In this document: piece after piece, positions 7,483-17,300 of the stretch
Numbering within the stretch: position 1 is the first letter of the stretch
Layout: every line of letters starts with the position of its first letter
IMG/VR virus record: IMGVR_UViG_3300046050_000015
Direction: 5' to 3' (one strand)
DNA from: an uncultured virus (IMG/VR IMGVR_UViG_3300046050_000015)
Lineage: Duplodnaviria > Heunggongvirae > Uroviricota > Caudoviricetes
Length of the DNA: 20,000 bases
Notes under the pieces: generated by a model
Databases searched by the model: none
Seen by the model: the letters and a program-made list of their open reading frames with translations, nothing else
What the model was told of the DNA's origin: nothing
Program-made: the position numbers and the translations under genes

Positions 7483-8394
7483 ATGGCATATCCAATTCCT
7501 GACCTAGACGGCTTCATTGATGAAGTCCAAGATGCCCTAGTTCCGCGGATGCGTCGGCAACTCACTGCCGCGCAATTCGTCACGGACCGTACCGTTGAGG
7601 ACCTTGGTATCAAGGAGTACCGTTGGCAAGAGCGTACCGACCTTGACGGTGTGCGTGCGACGATGGAGATTCCTGACCCGAGCCAATCGGACCAAGGGAA
7701 CATCATCGAGCACAACGTCGAACTTCCGGTGTTCACGCGCGACATGCACTATGACGGGCGTGATTTCCTTGCCTACCAGCGGACCGGTCTCGACACCACG
7801 GACGCCGAAGAGGCGGGCCGCATCATGGGTGAGTTCCTGAACGATTACTTCTACCTTGGCGGTGGGCTCAGTGGTGAGGACATCCCGGGTCCTGACACGG
7901 GCCTTCTCAACAACCCCGACCGTCTTGAGGTAGATAATACGGGGTCGTCTAACTGGGAGAACCCCGAGGACTTCGTGAACGACCTTGCCGAGGCCATCGC
8001 GGACCTTGGTCTCCACCGCCAGGACCCACCTTACGTACTGCTTGCGGACCCGGCGGACATGGACCTGTTCCAGAAGGTTCGAAGCGAGACGGACGCCCGA
8101 GCCACGGACCTGCTACAGGACGACATGATTCGTGGTCCGGTGTTCGATGAGGTTGTCACTGGAACCCGCGACGAGGACGGTAACAGTCAGACCGGAGAGA
8201 TGTTCCTGTTCAAGGCTTCCTCCGACAATTATGACTGGGTTACTCCCTTCAGTGGTTTCGGCGACGTGCGCCGAGTCACCGAAGAGGGCGAGGACCTCAT
8301 GGGGCAGGGTCTCTGGGTGCGGTGGCTCACCGCTGGTGCGCCGCGCGTTATCCGGGGCGACTCTGTTTGCCGCGTCGTAGGCGACCGCAGCTAG
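7483..8394 (+). CDS. Major capsid protein, HK97 fold, encapsulin(Linocin M18)/DUF2184-like
   Basis: ELPVFTRDMHYDGRDFLAYQRTGLDTTDAEEAGRIMGEFLNDYFYLG, TGLLNNP, WENPEDFVNDLAEAIADL and PPYVLL; 303 aa; SD GAGGT. Confidence 0.85.
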   Translation: MAYPIPDLDGFIDEVQDALVPRMRRQLTAAQFVTDRTVEDLGIKEYRWQERTDLDGVRATMEIPDPSQSDQGNIIEHNVELPVFTRDMHYDGRDFLAYQRTGLDTTDAEEAGRIMGEFLNDYFYLGGGLSGEDIPGPDTGLLNNPDRLEVDNTGSSNWENPEDFVNDLAEAIADLGLHRQDPPYVLLADPADMDLFQKVRSETDARATDLLQDDMIRGPVFDEVVTGTRDEDGNSQTGEMFLFKASSDNYDWVTPFSGFGDVRRVTEEGEDLMGQGLWVRWLTAGAPRVIRGDSVCRVVGDRS

Positions 8395-8424
8395 GTGACC
8401 TCACCTTAGCCGGGTGACACCGGC
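8393..8424. terminator. Possible hairpins between convergent stops
   Basis: AGGTGA-CC-TCACCT (8393-8406) and GCCGG...CCGGC (8409-8424), followed by a pyrimidine-rich tract on the plus strand. Confidence 0.3.
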
Positions 8425-9050
8425 CTCCAATCCCCCCTTTCTTTCCCTTCTTCATACTTGCTATCTCGTTCGTTAGCGTAGCCCAGGTCCTCCATAACTA
8501 AACGATTACCGCCACTGTAGGCGGTGTGTTGGATGGCTGAAGCTTGAGATTGAGTCATGTTGAGAAGGTACACATCTTCCTCGTAGTAGAACGTGTCGAA
8601 CGCTCCGCCTTCTTGACCATCGTAACTGACCACGTTGTCGATGTTTTCAAAGTCCCTAACCGATACCCCAGCTTCGTTGGCCACCTTGAGGACTTCGGTC
8701 TTGGCATCCTGAATGAAGTCCTCGTAACGAATAATGACATCAGCTCTCTCCACCCACGATTTGTATTTGGCCAGGTAGCCACCGATAATCGGACGAATAA
8801 TGTTGCCGACCCAGTTACACTCTACACCGTGCTCTTCCTCGTATCGCTGGAAGCTATCAAACCAAGCCCATGGGTTCTTTGCAATGACGACGACCGTCCA
8901 CCCTTCCATGATTTCCAGGGTGTGGAGATTGTGCTTCCCCTCGGGACTCCGGCTATGGATGTGAATATTGTCGAGGTTCTTGCAGAGGAGTTCTTCCAAG
9001 TAGTTGGTTCCGGTTCGTCGTGCCCCGTAAATCTTTACGTTCGTCGTCAC
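8406..9050 (-). CDS. PAPS-dependent sulfotransferase-family protein
   Basis: 5'-PSB-like loop IYGARRTGTNYLEELL, 3'-PB-like VIAKNPWAWFDSF, and IIRYEDFIQD; GTG start with its own promoter. Confidence 0.8.
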   Translation of the reverse strand: MTTNVKIYGARRTGTNYLEELLCKNLDNIHIHSRSPEGKHNLHTLEIMEGWTVVVIAKNPWAWFDSFQRYEEEHGVECNWVGNIIRPIIGGYLAKYKSWVERADVIIRYEDFIQDAKTEVLKVANEAGVSVRDFENIDNVVSYDGQEGGAFDTFYYEEDVYLLNMTQSQASAIQHTAYSGGNRLVMEDLGYANERDSKYEEGKERGDWRPVSPG

Positions 9051-9073
9051 GGGGTCGGTATACTTCTTTATCG

Positions 9074-9087
9074 ATATAAGGGTTTCG
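9074..9087 (-). promoter_or_regulatory. Promoter of the sulfotransferase gene
   Basis: Minus strand CGAAACCCTTATAT is a canonical haloarchaeal BRE+TATA; TATA 24-30 nt before GTG 9050. Confidence 0.7.
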
Positions 9088-9102
9088 GGTGCTACCCCAC
9101 AC

Positions 9103-9123
9103 TTTTAACCTCTCAAACGCAAA
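9103..9123 (+). promoter_or_regulatory. Promoter restarting rightward transcription
   Basis: TTTTAA begins 36 nt before ATG 9139. Confidence 0.5.
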
Positions 9124-9138
9124 TCTTGACTGTTAGCT

Positions 9139-9492
9139 ATGACTGTATTCACCCCTGACTCTCAACCAACCAATGTCGGGGATACGACCGTAGCCGTGGA
9201 CATCCCACCCCGGTACCGGTCGTTCCGCATTGACCGCATCATCGTTGTACAGGACAACGGTAGTGCGTCCAGTTATGACGTGACCGCTACAACGGATAGC
9301 GCTACCTCTGACCGTTCACAACAAATCGCCAAGTTCACTGGGGCTACCTCTTCGGACTCCGTTGACCACGACAATGGCGGCAACGGGTATGTGTGGGAAG
9401 ATAACAAGAGCGCCATCCACGTCGACATTGGTGTAGATGGGGGCACGGATAACAACTTTACCGTCAAGCTTATTATCAATAGGGTTGATTGA
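9139..9492 (+). CDS. Small all-beta putative virion protein
   Basis: 117 aa; alternating hydrophobic strands; T/S/D/G-rich; located just after the MCP. Confidence 0.65.
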   Translation: MTVFTPDSQPTNVGDTTVAVDIPPRYRSFRIDRIIVVQDNGSASSYDVTATTDSATSDRSQQIAKFTGATSSDSVDHDNGGNGYVWEDNKSAIHVDIGVDGGTDNNFTVKLIINRVD

Positions 9493-9494
9493 AT

Positions 9495-10562
9495 ATGGGA
9501 GTTGAACAAGAGTACCCTCGGGGTCCCGGGCAAGATGTTCAGGATGAGGTTCAACAGCTCCAAGAGGATGGCGCGTTAACCTGGATGAAGAGTGACGCCC
9601 CCAGTGTGGATGAGTCCGGTGGTCAATACTCCGCCCACGTGACACTTTTCGAGCCATCAGAAGGTCAAATTGGTTCGCCCGATATCGATATCAGTGGAGC
9701 CAGTGTTACGCTTGAGCGCTCCACCGATGGGGGGTCGTTCAGTACGACGAGTGTTACCCAGCCCACCCTCTCTAAGGCGGATGGTGTAGTTGAGGTCGTG
9801 TTCGATATCGCGGGGTCCGAGTGGACTGTTGGTGACACGTATCGCCTCACCATTGATGGTGTAGAGGCTAACGATAGCGACGGTAATACGTTCAATATCC
9901 CGACGGTGCGCTGGGTTGGTTCCACGAACCGGGATTCGGGGGTGCAGTCCAAGGTTTCCATTCTTCACAATACCCGCGTCCCGGATATCTTATCCCTGTC
10001 GAACATCCAAGATGAAGCGGAGGATGCTCTCTTAGCGGACCTGAGCAGCAATAGTCCAGATTCGTCTTCGGTTGTGGATGTCACCTCTACCCTTGAGTCC
10101 CGGTTGCCGGGCTCGGGCACCCTCTCCACGCATGCTTGGGACCCTGATGGGGTTATCCCGTCCGCGGGCACGGTCGCGGTGGCAACCGACCTGGACCCCG
10201 TTGAGCGACGACAACCACCAGATGCAGGAAGTATCACACTCAGCGACGATACCGATAATGGACTCATTGCTCTTGGAAGTGTTGGTAGGTCTGTGACGCA
10301 TTACCTTGATGCCTTGTATGCTGATGTTACGCTTGGCGACCATACCCAAGTAACGTTCAAGCTTACCGTTGACGTGAACGGAAACAAGGCACAGGTGAAC
10401 ACACTCACCGTGAGTAGTAGTGGCCCTGTGGACGTACTTAGTGACGCTGGGTGGGAAGTTCCCGCTAGTGCCCTTGTCGAGGTTGACGTTGCTGGTGACG
10501 CCGCGAACCCCTCGACGAACGGTAACGTTGATTTCAGCGCTGAACATAGCCAGGCTGAGTGA
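9495..10562 (+). CDS. Putative virion spike/fibre protein (N- and C-terminal beta domains, central linker)
   Basis: About 355 aa; beta-rich ends; start at ATG 9495 or TTG 9489. Confidence 0.6.
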   Translation: MGVEQEYPRGPGQDVQDEVQQLQEDGALTWMKSDAPSVDESGGQYSAHVTLFEPSEGQIGSPDIDISGASVTLERSTDGGSFSTTSVTQPTLSKADGVVEVVFDIAGSEWTVGDTYRLTIDGVEANDSDGNTFNIPTVRWVGSTNRDSGVQSKVSILHNTRVPDILSLSNIQDEAEDALLADLSSNSPDSSSVVDVTSTLESRLPGSGTLSTHAWDPDGVIPSAGTVAVATDLDPVERRQPPDAGSITLSDDTDNGLIALGSVGRSVTHYLDALYADVTLGDHTQVTFKLTVDVNGNKAQVNTLTVSSSGPVDVLSDAGWEVPASALVEVDVAGDAANPSTNGNVDFSAEHSQAE

Positions 10563-10567
10563 TACTG

Positions 10568-11008
10568 ATGTTTCCAGCCGAAATGGTCCCTGATGGAGCC
10601 CTATTTGCCCCCCACCATTACCTCCTGGGCACATTTGTTGCCTTGTTTGTCTTCGCGCTTCTGTGGGATAACTACCGGAACGACGAACCTACCACCACCG
10701 TAGGGTTGACCATAGTTTCCTTGTTCGGGTGGGCGTTCACCTGGAAGTATTATCCCACCCTAGGTGCATCGATGGCCATCGTAGGCACCTTTGGGGCAAC
10801 CTTCGTGTTGCTTTGGGATGGGTTCATCGCGCCCCGGTTCAGGTTCCCCTCACCCTTTGGTGACCGATGGGAAGATTATCCTTTGAAGTGGAGAGTGGTG
10901 GGGTTAGTTGGGTCGTTGATTGCCGTGGACGACCTGCTTAGTCATGCCTTCGGCCTTTGGACTCCCTTGGATGCCGTTTGGCCATATATTGTGCCTTATA
11001 TCACCTGA
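10568..11008 (+). CDS. Multi-pass membrane protein (about 4 TM)
   Basis: LFAPHHYLLGTFVALFVFALLW...LIAVDDLLSHAFGLWTPLD; four hydrophobic segments; start at 10559 or 10568. Confidence 0.75.
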   Translation: MFPAEMVPDGALFAPHHYLLGTFVALFVFALLWDNYRNDEPTTTVGLTIVSLFGWAFTWKYYPTLGASMAIVGTFGATFVLLWDGFIAPRFRFPSPFGDRWEDYPLKWRVVGLVGSLIAVDDLLSHAFGLWTPLDAVWPYIVPYIT

Positions 11009-11011
11009 TAG

Positions 11012-11044
11012 TCCAAACTTTTATATAAGACGAGTTGGAGATTG
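11012..11044 (+). promoter_or_regulatory. Promoter with TGGAGATTG element
   Basis: CCAAACTTTTATATAAG is nearly identical to 2044-2060; TGGAGATTG at 11036-11044; ATG 11051. Confidence 0.75.
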
Positions 11045-11050
11045 GTGGGT

Positions 11051-11365
11051 ATGCCTGAGACTTACGAGTATTACGTCCGGAACTTCGTCGACAAGGACGG
11101 CAAGCGTTACAAGCGCCAGGTTCTCGAACTCCCGAAAGTTGTCGCTGCTTATTTCGAGCTGGAGCCACACACCGAAGCGGCAGAATACGACGAAGACATC
11201 CTCAACCAAGACGTTACAGAGACCGATGTCGTAACGGAAACCCCAGACATCGAAGTCGACCCAGACAACCACTACAAGGATGGTCTCGTCGAGCTTGCCG
11301 AGGCTCTAGACCTCGACACCGAGGGCAGCAAGGACGAGCTTGTGGAACGCATCAACGAGGCTTAA
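11051..11365 (+). CDS. Acidic protein with C-terminal SAP/HeH (Rho-N-like) motif
   Basis: YKDGLVELAEALDLDTEGSKDELVERINEA matches the helix-extension-helix pattern. Confidence 0.7.
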   Translation: MPETYEYYVRNFVDKDGKRYKRQVLELPKVVAAYFELEPHTEAAEYDEDILNQDVTETDVVTETPDIEVDPDNHYKDGLVELAEALDLDTEGSKDELVERINEA

Positions 11366-11380
11366 TCGGTCCCCCCATAA

Positions 11381-11395
11381 ACCAACCCTTTTCAA
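11381..11395 (+). promoter_or_regulatory. Possible promoter variant
   Basis: ACCAACCCTTTTCAA; T-run begins 31 nt before ATG 11420. Confidence 0.4.
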
Positions 11396-11419
11396 GGCTC
11401 AGGACGCAAACTCTGGGTA

Positions 11420-11614
11420 ATGCCCAGGGTTAGGACCAGAATCAATATCCACGACACCGTACCCCCCAATCGTAGCCTTACCGTCGAGGACCCTGAAACT
11501 GGGAAACTATCAGCCGTCGAAACAGACTATGGCTTTGTGACGATTCGAGCCGATTATACGCGGGACGACGACCACCCGTTCAACATCCAGAAGGTCGAAT
11601 TCAGCATCGTATGA
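11420..11614 (+). CDS. Hypothetical protein (64 aa)
   Basis: Fills the gap between neighbours on the coding strand; promoter-like element upstream. Confidence 0.6.
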   Translation: MPRVRTRINIHDTVPPNRSLTVEDPETGKLSAVETDYGFVTIRADYTRDDDHPFNIQKVEFSIV

Positions 11615-11623
11615 GAGGATACC

Positions 11624-13573
11624 GTGACAAATTATAGCACCACCTGGGATAAGACGAATCTCCTCTGCAAGGAAAACCTAAATCGGGTAGAGGGGGAACT
11701 TGCCAAGATGTGTCCCACCCACCCCGAGCGTGCACGACTCGTGGATAGGGCGAACGGTATCCATCTCTCCTATCTGGACGAGGGTCACCACAAAGAAATT
11801 CAATCTGCCAACAACGCAAAGTATGGCGATGGGATTACAAATGCAAGATTCAGAGTAACGGATAGTGCCTTCGAAGCCACGTCATCTCTCGCCTATTTCT
11901 TCTCCCTCGAACTCAGCAATACGTCCACTACCGTTATCCGCCAACAAAATGGTAGCGAGTATGCTAACGTATTCATCAACTCAAGTGGTGAATTAGCCTA
12001 TGACGACGATGGGGGGTCTGGAGTTTCCTCAGGTACCGCGGTCAGTCAGGGGGAATACCAAATAACTCTCCACCGTGTCGATAACGGCAACGGCACAGCA
12101 GATACCAAAGTCAAACTCTTCAACAGTGACGGCACCCTTCATAGCTCTATCGATATCACGAATCGCTCCCTGCCTAGTGGGTCTGGGGGACAAGTGACGT
12201 TAGGGGATTTTACCATCACTGATGTCACCTTTTACGAATCGCGCATCTGGGTAGATGACATTCCTAGCCAGGCCGACCTTGACACGATGGCTGACCCGAA
12301 CGCAACCGGGCCAACAAACTTTGAAGACAAGGTGGAGGGACAAGAAACCGCGGCCTGGTTCCATGAACCAGCACCGGTTCGGAACAATAGCTGGGGGGAC
12401 CGTAACGGCTCCTCGGAGGCAACCGGGAACGGTGCGACGCGGGCCCTTGGAAACATTATCCAGAACCAGGACAACATTCGAATCGTAACAATTACCCCCC
12501 ACCTCTCTGCACCGCTTGGAAACATCGCCAAGGCAACCGTCGAGGTAGGGACAGACCTCAGCAACGCGGTGGACTACAAGCCAGCCGAAGTATCCCAAGA
12601 GTCGGGGGCAAGCACACAACGTGAGCGTCGATACCCAGTGTCGTTCCTCGTCAAACCCGGTGAAGAGTACCGAATCAAGGATGCCTCTTCTTCGGGTGGT
12701 GGTGTCTCGCTTGCGAGCAGCGACGGCGCGACATGGTACGAGTTCGACTTCGATGCAACCTACTCTCCACAATCGTGGACCCATAACGAGAACCTAGACC
12801 CGGGAAAGCTTCGAACCTACGCCCATAACGCGTTTGGTGTTGGTGATACGACGACGGGCTCTGACGCGCGATATGAGACCAAGTTAGGTAACGAGGTTAA
12901 CGTTGAGGGGATGAATCTCGTTACCCATAATTTCAATATGGGTTCCGGTCTGAGTACAAACAGTGAAGCCAACATTGACCAACGGGACAAAGACGGAACC
13001 TTGTCCAACATTGCCTCGGCATTCATTCAAAACAGTGATGGTACGATGGATACTAGTGCATTTTTTGGTGTGAATCCCTCGGGTGCTTATCAATACTATG
13101 CAGTGAATGGTGACGTTAATGATGCGTATGGGGTTGAGAATAGACCACCCACCCTCCCTGTTGTTTCGTTCCAAGATGGAAACGTTGGGGGGTCGGTTGA
13201 TACCAAGTTTACGGACCTCGACAACAACACGGCGAAGGGTCTCAACATCGAGCAAGACCCCACACGTAACGAGGACGTGAATGGGAACGATGGAAGCAAA
13301 AGCACCCCATCGGGTGATAGATGGTCCATCGTTAGCGCTACTGTAGCTCTACAACCTAGCTCAACTTCCACCGCCCAGTACTCAGAGATTCGGCTTTGGG
13401 ATACATCCGATACCGAGAAATGGGGCCTAATTCCCCAGGAATATATTTCGGCAACCACTACAGATGCTAACACTTACCGAACGATGATGACCTTCGTCCC
13501 GCCGGACTGGAGTTGGGACCTTCAAATCGATTCCAATTCAACGATTACCAAACGAACAGAGTGGGTGCTATGA
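11624..13573 (+). CDS. Putative receptor-binding fibre: LamG/ConA-like domain plus three tandem tip-like beta domains
   Basis: N-terminal W...LCKENLNRVE fibre-anchor-like motif; LamG-like FYESRIWVDDIPSQADL; repeated FLVKPGEEY / FGVNPSGAY / TFVPPDWSW; GAGG before the GTG start. Confidence 0.65.
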   Translation: MTNYSTTWDKTNLLCKENLNRVEGELAKMCPTHPERARLVDRANGIHLSYLDEGHHKEIQSANNAKYGDGITNARFRVTDSAFEATSSLAYFFSLELSNTSTTVIRQQNGSEYANVFINSSGELAYDDDGGSGVSSGTAVSQGEYQITLHRVDNGNGTADTKVKLFNSDGTLHSSIDITNRSLPSGSGGQVTLGDFTITDVTFYESRIWVDDIPSQADLDTMADPNATGPTNFEDKVEGQETAAWFHEPAPVRNNSWGDRNGSSEATGNGATRALGNIIQNQDNIRIVTITPHLSAPLGNIAKATVEVGTDLSNAVDYKPAEVSQESGASTQRERRYPVSFLVKPGEEYRIKDASSSGGGVSLASSDGATWYEFDFDATYSPQSWTHNENLDPGKLRTYAHNAFGVGDTTTGSDARYETKLGNEVNVEGMNLVTHNFNMGSGLSTNSEANIDQRDKDGTLSNIASAFIQNSDGTMDTSAFFGVNPSGAYQYYAVNGDVNDAYGVENRPPTLPVVSFQDGNVGGSVDTKFTDLDNNTAKGLNIEQDPTRNEDVNGNDGSKSTPSGDRWSIVSATVALQPSSTSTAQYSEIRLWDTSDTEKWGLIPQEYISATTTDANTYRTMMTFVPPDWSWDLQIDSNSTITKRTEWVL

Positions 13574-14373
13574 TTCTAGACGTTGGGCGAGATGAAATTG
13601 CTCGGCTCAGTGGCGATGGTCTCGGAGGCTCCCCCTTCGACCACTTGGCCATCGGTACCGATGGAACCACGCCATCCAGCACCAACACCGCGCTCGGGAA
13701 CGAGACCAACCGAGTCTCCACAACCACCACTGTAGATGGAGCTAACAACGAAGCAACCTTTGAAGGAACCATTACGTTTGGTGCCACACCATCGAGTGTC
13801 GAAGAGTATGGTGTGGTGAACGCAGCAACCGGGGGAACATTCCTTAACCGAACAACTTTCGCTGAGTCGCTTGAAGTTTTCTGGGGAGACAAACTCAACC
13901 TTGTCGTGGACGTTTCACTCTCACCAAAAACGACGACACATACTCTAGCAAGTGGTAGTACGGCTAGCTCAGCCACAACCGATGGTGGTGTGGAGATGGT
14001 TCTTAACCAAATCGTCGGCAACAGCGGTGGCCGAGTCTCGGTCTGCGCCCTCGGTAAGGGCAACGTGGCTCCATCTACGTCTGATTCAACCCTCGGAAAC
14101 GAAGTGTTAAACAAGGAGTTATCCCGAACTGACCATATTACCAAAACCATCAAGGGCCCAGACGATGGTCTACCAACCGGAACCATTCAAGTGGGCACAA
14201 AGTGGACCAGTCAAGACGCAGAATACAGCAATTTCCAGGTTGACGAGGTTGGAGTGTTCGATACGACGCAGAATGAAAGTGGAACACTCATTAGTCGGTA
14301 TGTCTACGCCACACCGTTAAAGTTTCGAACGAAGAACACGTATGAAGTGAATTATCGATTCCAGATTGTATGA
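13570..14373 (+). CDS. Virion protein with two tandem tail-collar/fibre-base (DUF3751-like) domains
   Basis: HLAIGTDGTTPSSTNTALGNE...VEEYGVVNAATGGTFLNR is repeated as CALGKGNVAPSTSDSTLGNE...VDEVGVFD...GTLISR; ATGA overlaps at both ends. Confidence 0.75.
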   Translation: MILDVGRDEIARLSGDGLGGSPFDHLAIGTDGTTPSSTNTALGNETNRVSTTTTVDGANNEATFEGTITFGATPSSVEEYGVVNAATGGTFLNRTTFAESLEVFWGDKLNLVVDVSLSPKTTTHTLASGSTASSATTDGGVEMVLNQIVGNSGGRVSVCALGKGNVAPSTSDSTLGNEVLNKELSRTDHITKTIKGPDDGLPTGTIQVGTKWTSQDAEYSNFQVDEVGVFDTTQNESGTLISRYVYATPLKFRTKNTYEVNYRFQIV

Positions 14374-17300
14374 CCGAAGAGATTACACTTCCAGAGGCCA
14401 AAATTGGGACCAATTCAGGCGATTCAGTTGGTCGTAGCTTCCACAACAACGACGAAATCATCTCTTCAGATTCACGAGCCAGTTTCACCATTATCCGAGA
14501 TGCATCAAGCCAACCAGAATGGCCAACCACTCTATCTTCTGTATCCTTGGACCAAGATACGCTTATCCGTGACCACTCCGAGCACGCAAACTTCCCTTCC
14601 GCTGCTTCCTCGTCTGATTCCCGTAACTATACCTCTGTCCGAGACAAGGAATCAGACTCTTCACCCTCTGCTTCCAAGATTCAAACTCACATCCGTGAAG
14701 AGGTTAGCCAGGGAACCACCCTAGAAGAACGAAGGTTTACCACGACGCGAGATTTCGAGGTAGAGATTGTACCCGATGACCAAGATGGTACCCTCAGTCC
14801 CGCCGAGGCTGACGGCCTCCGTCTTACCTACCAATTCGATAATGAAAACTACGTCCCTGAGAATCTACGAAACTCCAGCTTCGAAGATTGGACGAATGGT
14901 GAACCTGATAATTGGGTCCTAGATAACAACATTGACTCCACCGAGGTTAGTGAAGAAACCACCAACGTCCATGATGGTGGCTCCGCCATCAAGGTCGATT
15001 TCAGTGGCGATGAGAAGGAATATGATGGTGTATCCCAGCAACCACTCTCGAACACCGGTGATATTTCGGGTCGCCGAATCTATGTTGATGTATGGACTAG
15101 AACTGGTGGTGGTACGGCAACCCCACGCCTATGGGTAGGAACTCGTAAAAGTGGGTCTTGGACCAACCAAGTGGATGTAACCGGCACCCAGGGCGGGACG
15201 ACCTACGAGAAACTGTCCGGTTGGTTCACGGTTCCCCAAGGTCATAGCGATATCCTCGTCGAACTCCGAAACAAGGGCAACCGTGACTCTACCGAGGTCC
15301 TATACTGGGACGATGTGAGCGTCGTAGAAACCTTCATTGATGATAGCACAACCGACAATTGGGCCGTACCCATCAACGATTACACGAAGACCCCTAACGG
15401 CAAGGTGGGCTCCACAGCCGACAACAACCAGGGCTATGCAGCCATCCATGACTTCTACGAGGAGCCCCAATCTTCACTCACCGTTAGTGCCTGGGTCAAA
15501 GGAACCGACGACAACGCATTCATCGCCTCTTATGACCGCTCTGAGTATTGGCGATTCAGTGTTGGAAGTGGTACGACTGGTGGCCATTTCTCCTTCAATT
15601 ACACGGTTACGAGTGAGTCGGGTCAAACCGTCCATGACCGGGGCTCAGGTGTACCCATCAACGACGACAAATGGCACCACATCGCCGCTGTGTTTGATAA
15701 TGGGGAAACAAAACTGTACGTTGATGGTAACCTTGAGGCAACCTTCACCGACGACTACAGCCAACTTGGGGACGCTGGGTCCACCCGGTATGGGTTCCTT
15801 GGCGATGGGTCTGAGGCGTCAAGCTTTGACGGTAGGCGCAATGACGCCGGTAAGAATACCTACCTTGTCGACGATTTCCGAGTCTATAACCGCGCCCTTA
15901 GTCAGGAAGAGATTCAAAATGTTCTCGAACACCCGTACCATCGGGACCGTAAACTAACACCCATCCGGGATGGGGTCTTGTCCTTCTCTCCACAGGCCGA
16001 AGCTGTCGAGTATGCCAATATTCGACAACGAATCTCTGCTACGACGAGTGAAGATGGGGAGGACCGCACAAATGTTCGTACTCAAGATTCTTCCTTGTCA
16101 CCTAGACAGGAGCGCGATGTTACTACGGTTCATGACCGGTCCTCAGACTTCAACGTAACGGATGAAAGGGACTACACGACACTCCGCGACAAGCAGACCC
16201 GACTCTACACCAGTGCGACGTTCATTCACACCACCATTCGAGATAATTCTTCTTCCCTCTTCCCACTCGATGAACGAGACCTAACCGAAGTACGGGACCA
16301 ATCCTCAACGCTCACACAGAGCAACGAACGCAACCTCTCAGCAATTCGAGACAAGAACAGTACACTTGCCCCAATTGATGGGCGAGACCTTACAGCACTC
16401 CGAACAAAATTCTCACAAGTTACCCAGGCCGATTCCCGGACCTTTGCAACCATTCATACTGAAGCCAGTGACCTTACTACTGGTAACAGCCGCGATGTTG
16501 TACTCATTTCTTCGGAGGGTACTAATCTTTCCCCCACCGATAACCAGATGAAGAGCATCCTCCGGCCGAAGGGTAGCCACGCCACCACTGCCGACAGTGA
16601 AGACCGTTCAACTATCCATCGAACTACAAGTTCAGTCGCCTCTCCCAATCCCAACAAAGACCTATCGACAATCCGCAGTGAGACTTCTGACCTTGGCTTC
16701 AGTGATTTCCATATCTTCACCACGGTCCGCAAGCTTACCTCCACGGCACAACCCATCGAAGAGCGTGATTTTTCCTTCATCCGTGACCTGGTAAGCTCAA
16801 CCGGACCAGTGGCTGAGCAGGACCTTGCTACGGTTCGTGAGAAGTTATCCGAGGTCGTACCCACAGACGAACGCGACTTCACCACCATCCGAGAGATAAT
16901 CTCCACCCTCTCCACAATTGATGCCGTAATTCATACGCTCACCCACCGGAAGGAAAGCCACACTACTCCGGTAGACGATGATGACAATGTTCCTATCATT
17001 CGCATGGAGACCTCCAAGGTATCCCAAGCGGATGCCCGGGACGTAACTGAGGTCCGAAGGAAGCCTTCAGAGTTGTCCCCGGCCGACCTGCGTGATTGGA
17101 CCACACTCCACATCTCCGAATCGTTGGCTCAACCGGCCGACGAACGGGAACTCTCCGCGCTGCGGCCCGAGCGCAGTCGGTCCAGTACTGGGGAAAACCT
17201 CTTCACAACGGTACTTCGTGACCGAGCATCTGAAACTTCCATTGAAACAGCGTTCATCAAGACCTTGGTTCGTGACAGAGGGACAGCCTTCGAATTGAAG

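Noticed and set aside
5527..8016. Long minus-strand Ser-rich or Val/Leu-rich ORFs
   Set aside because: Expected antisense translations of D/E-rich genes; no promoters or motifs
7483..8394. Cellular encapsulin nanocompartment operon
   Set aside because: No cargo enzyme is adjacent; the portal, protease-scaffold and cement context indicates a viral capsid
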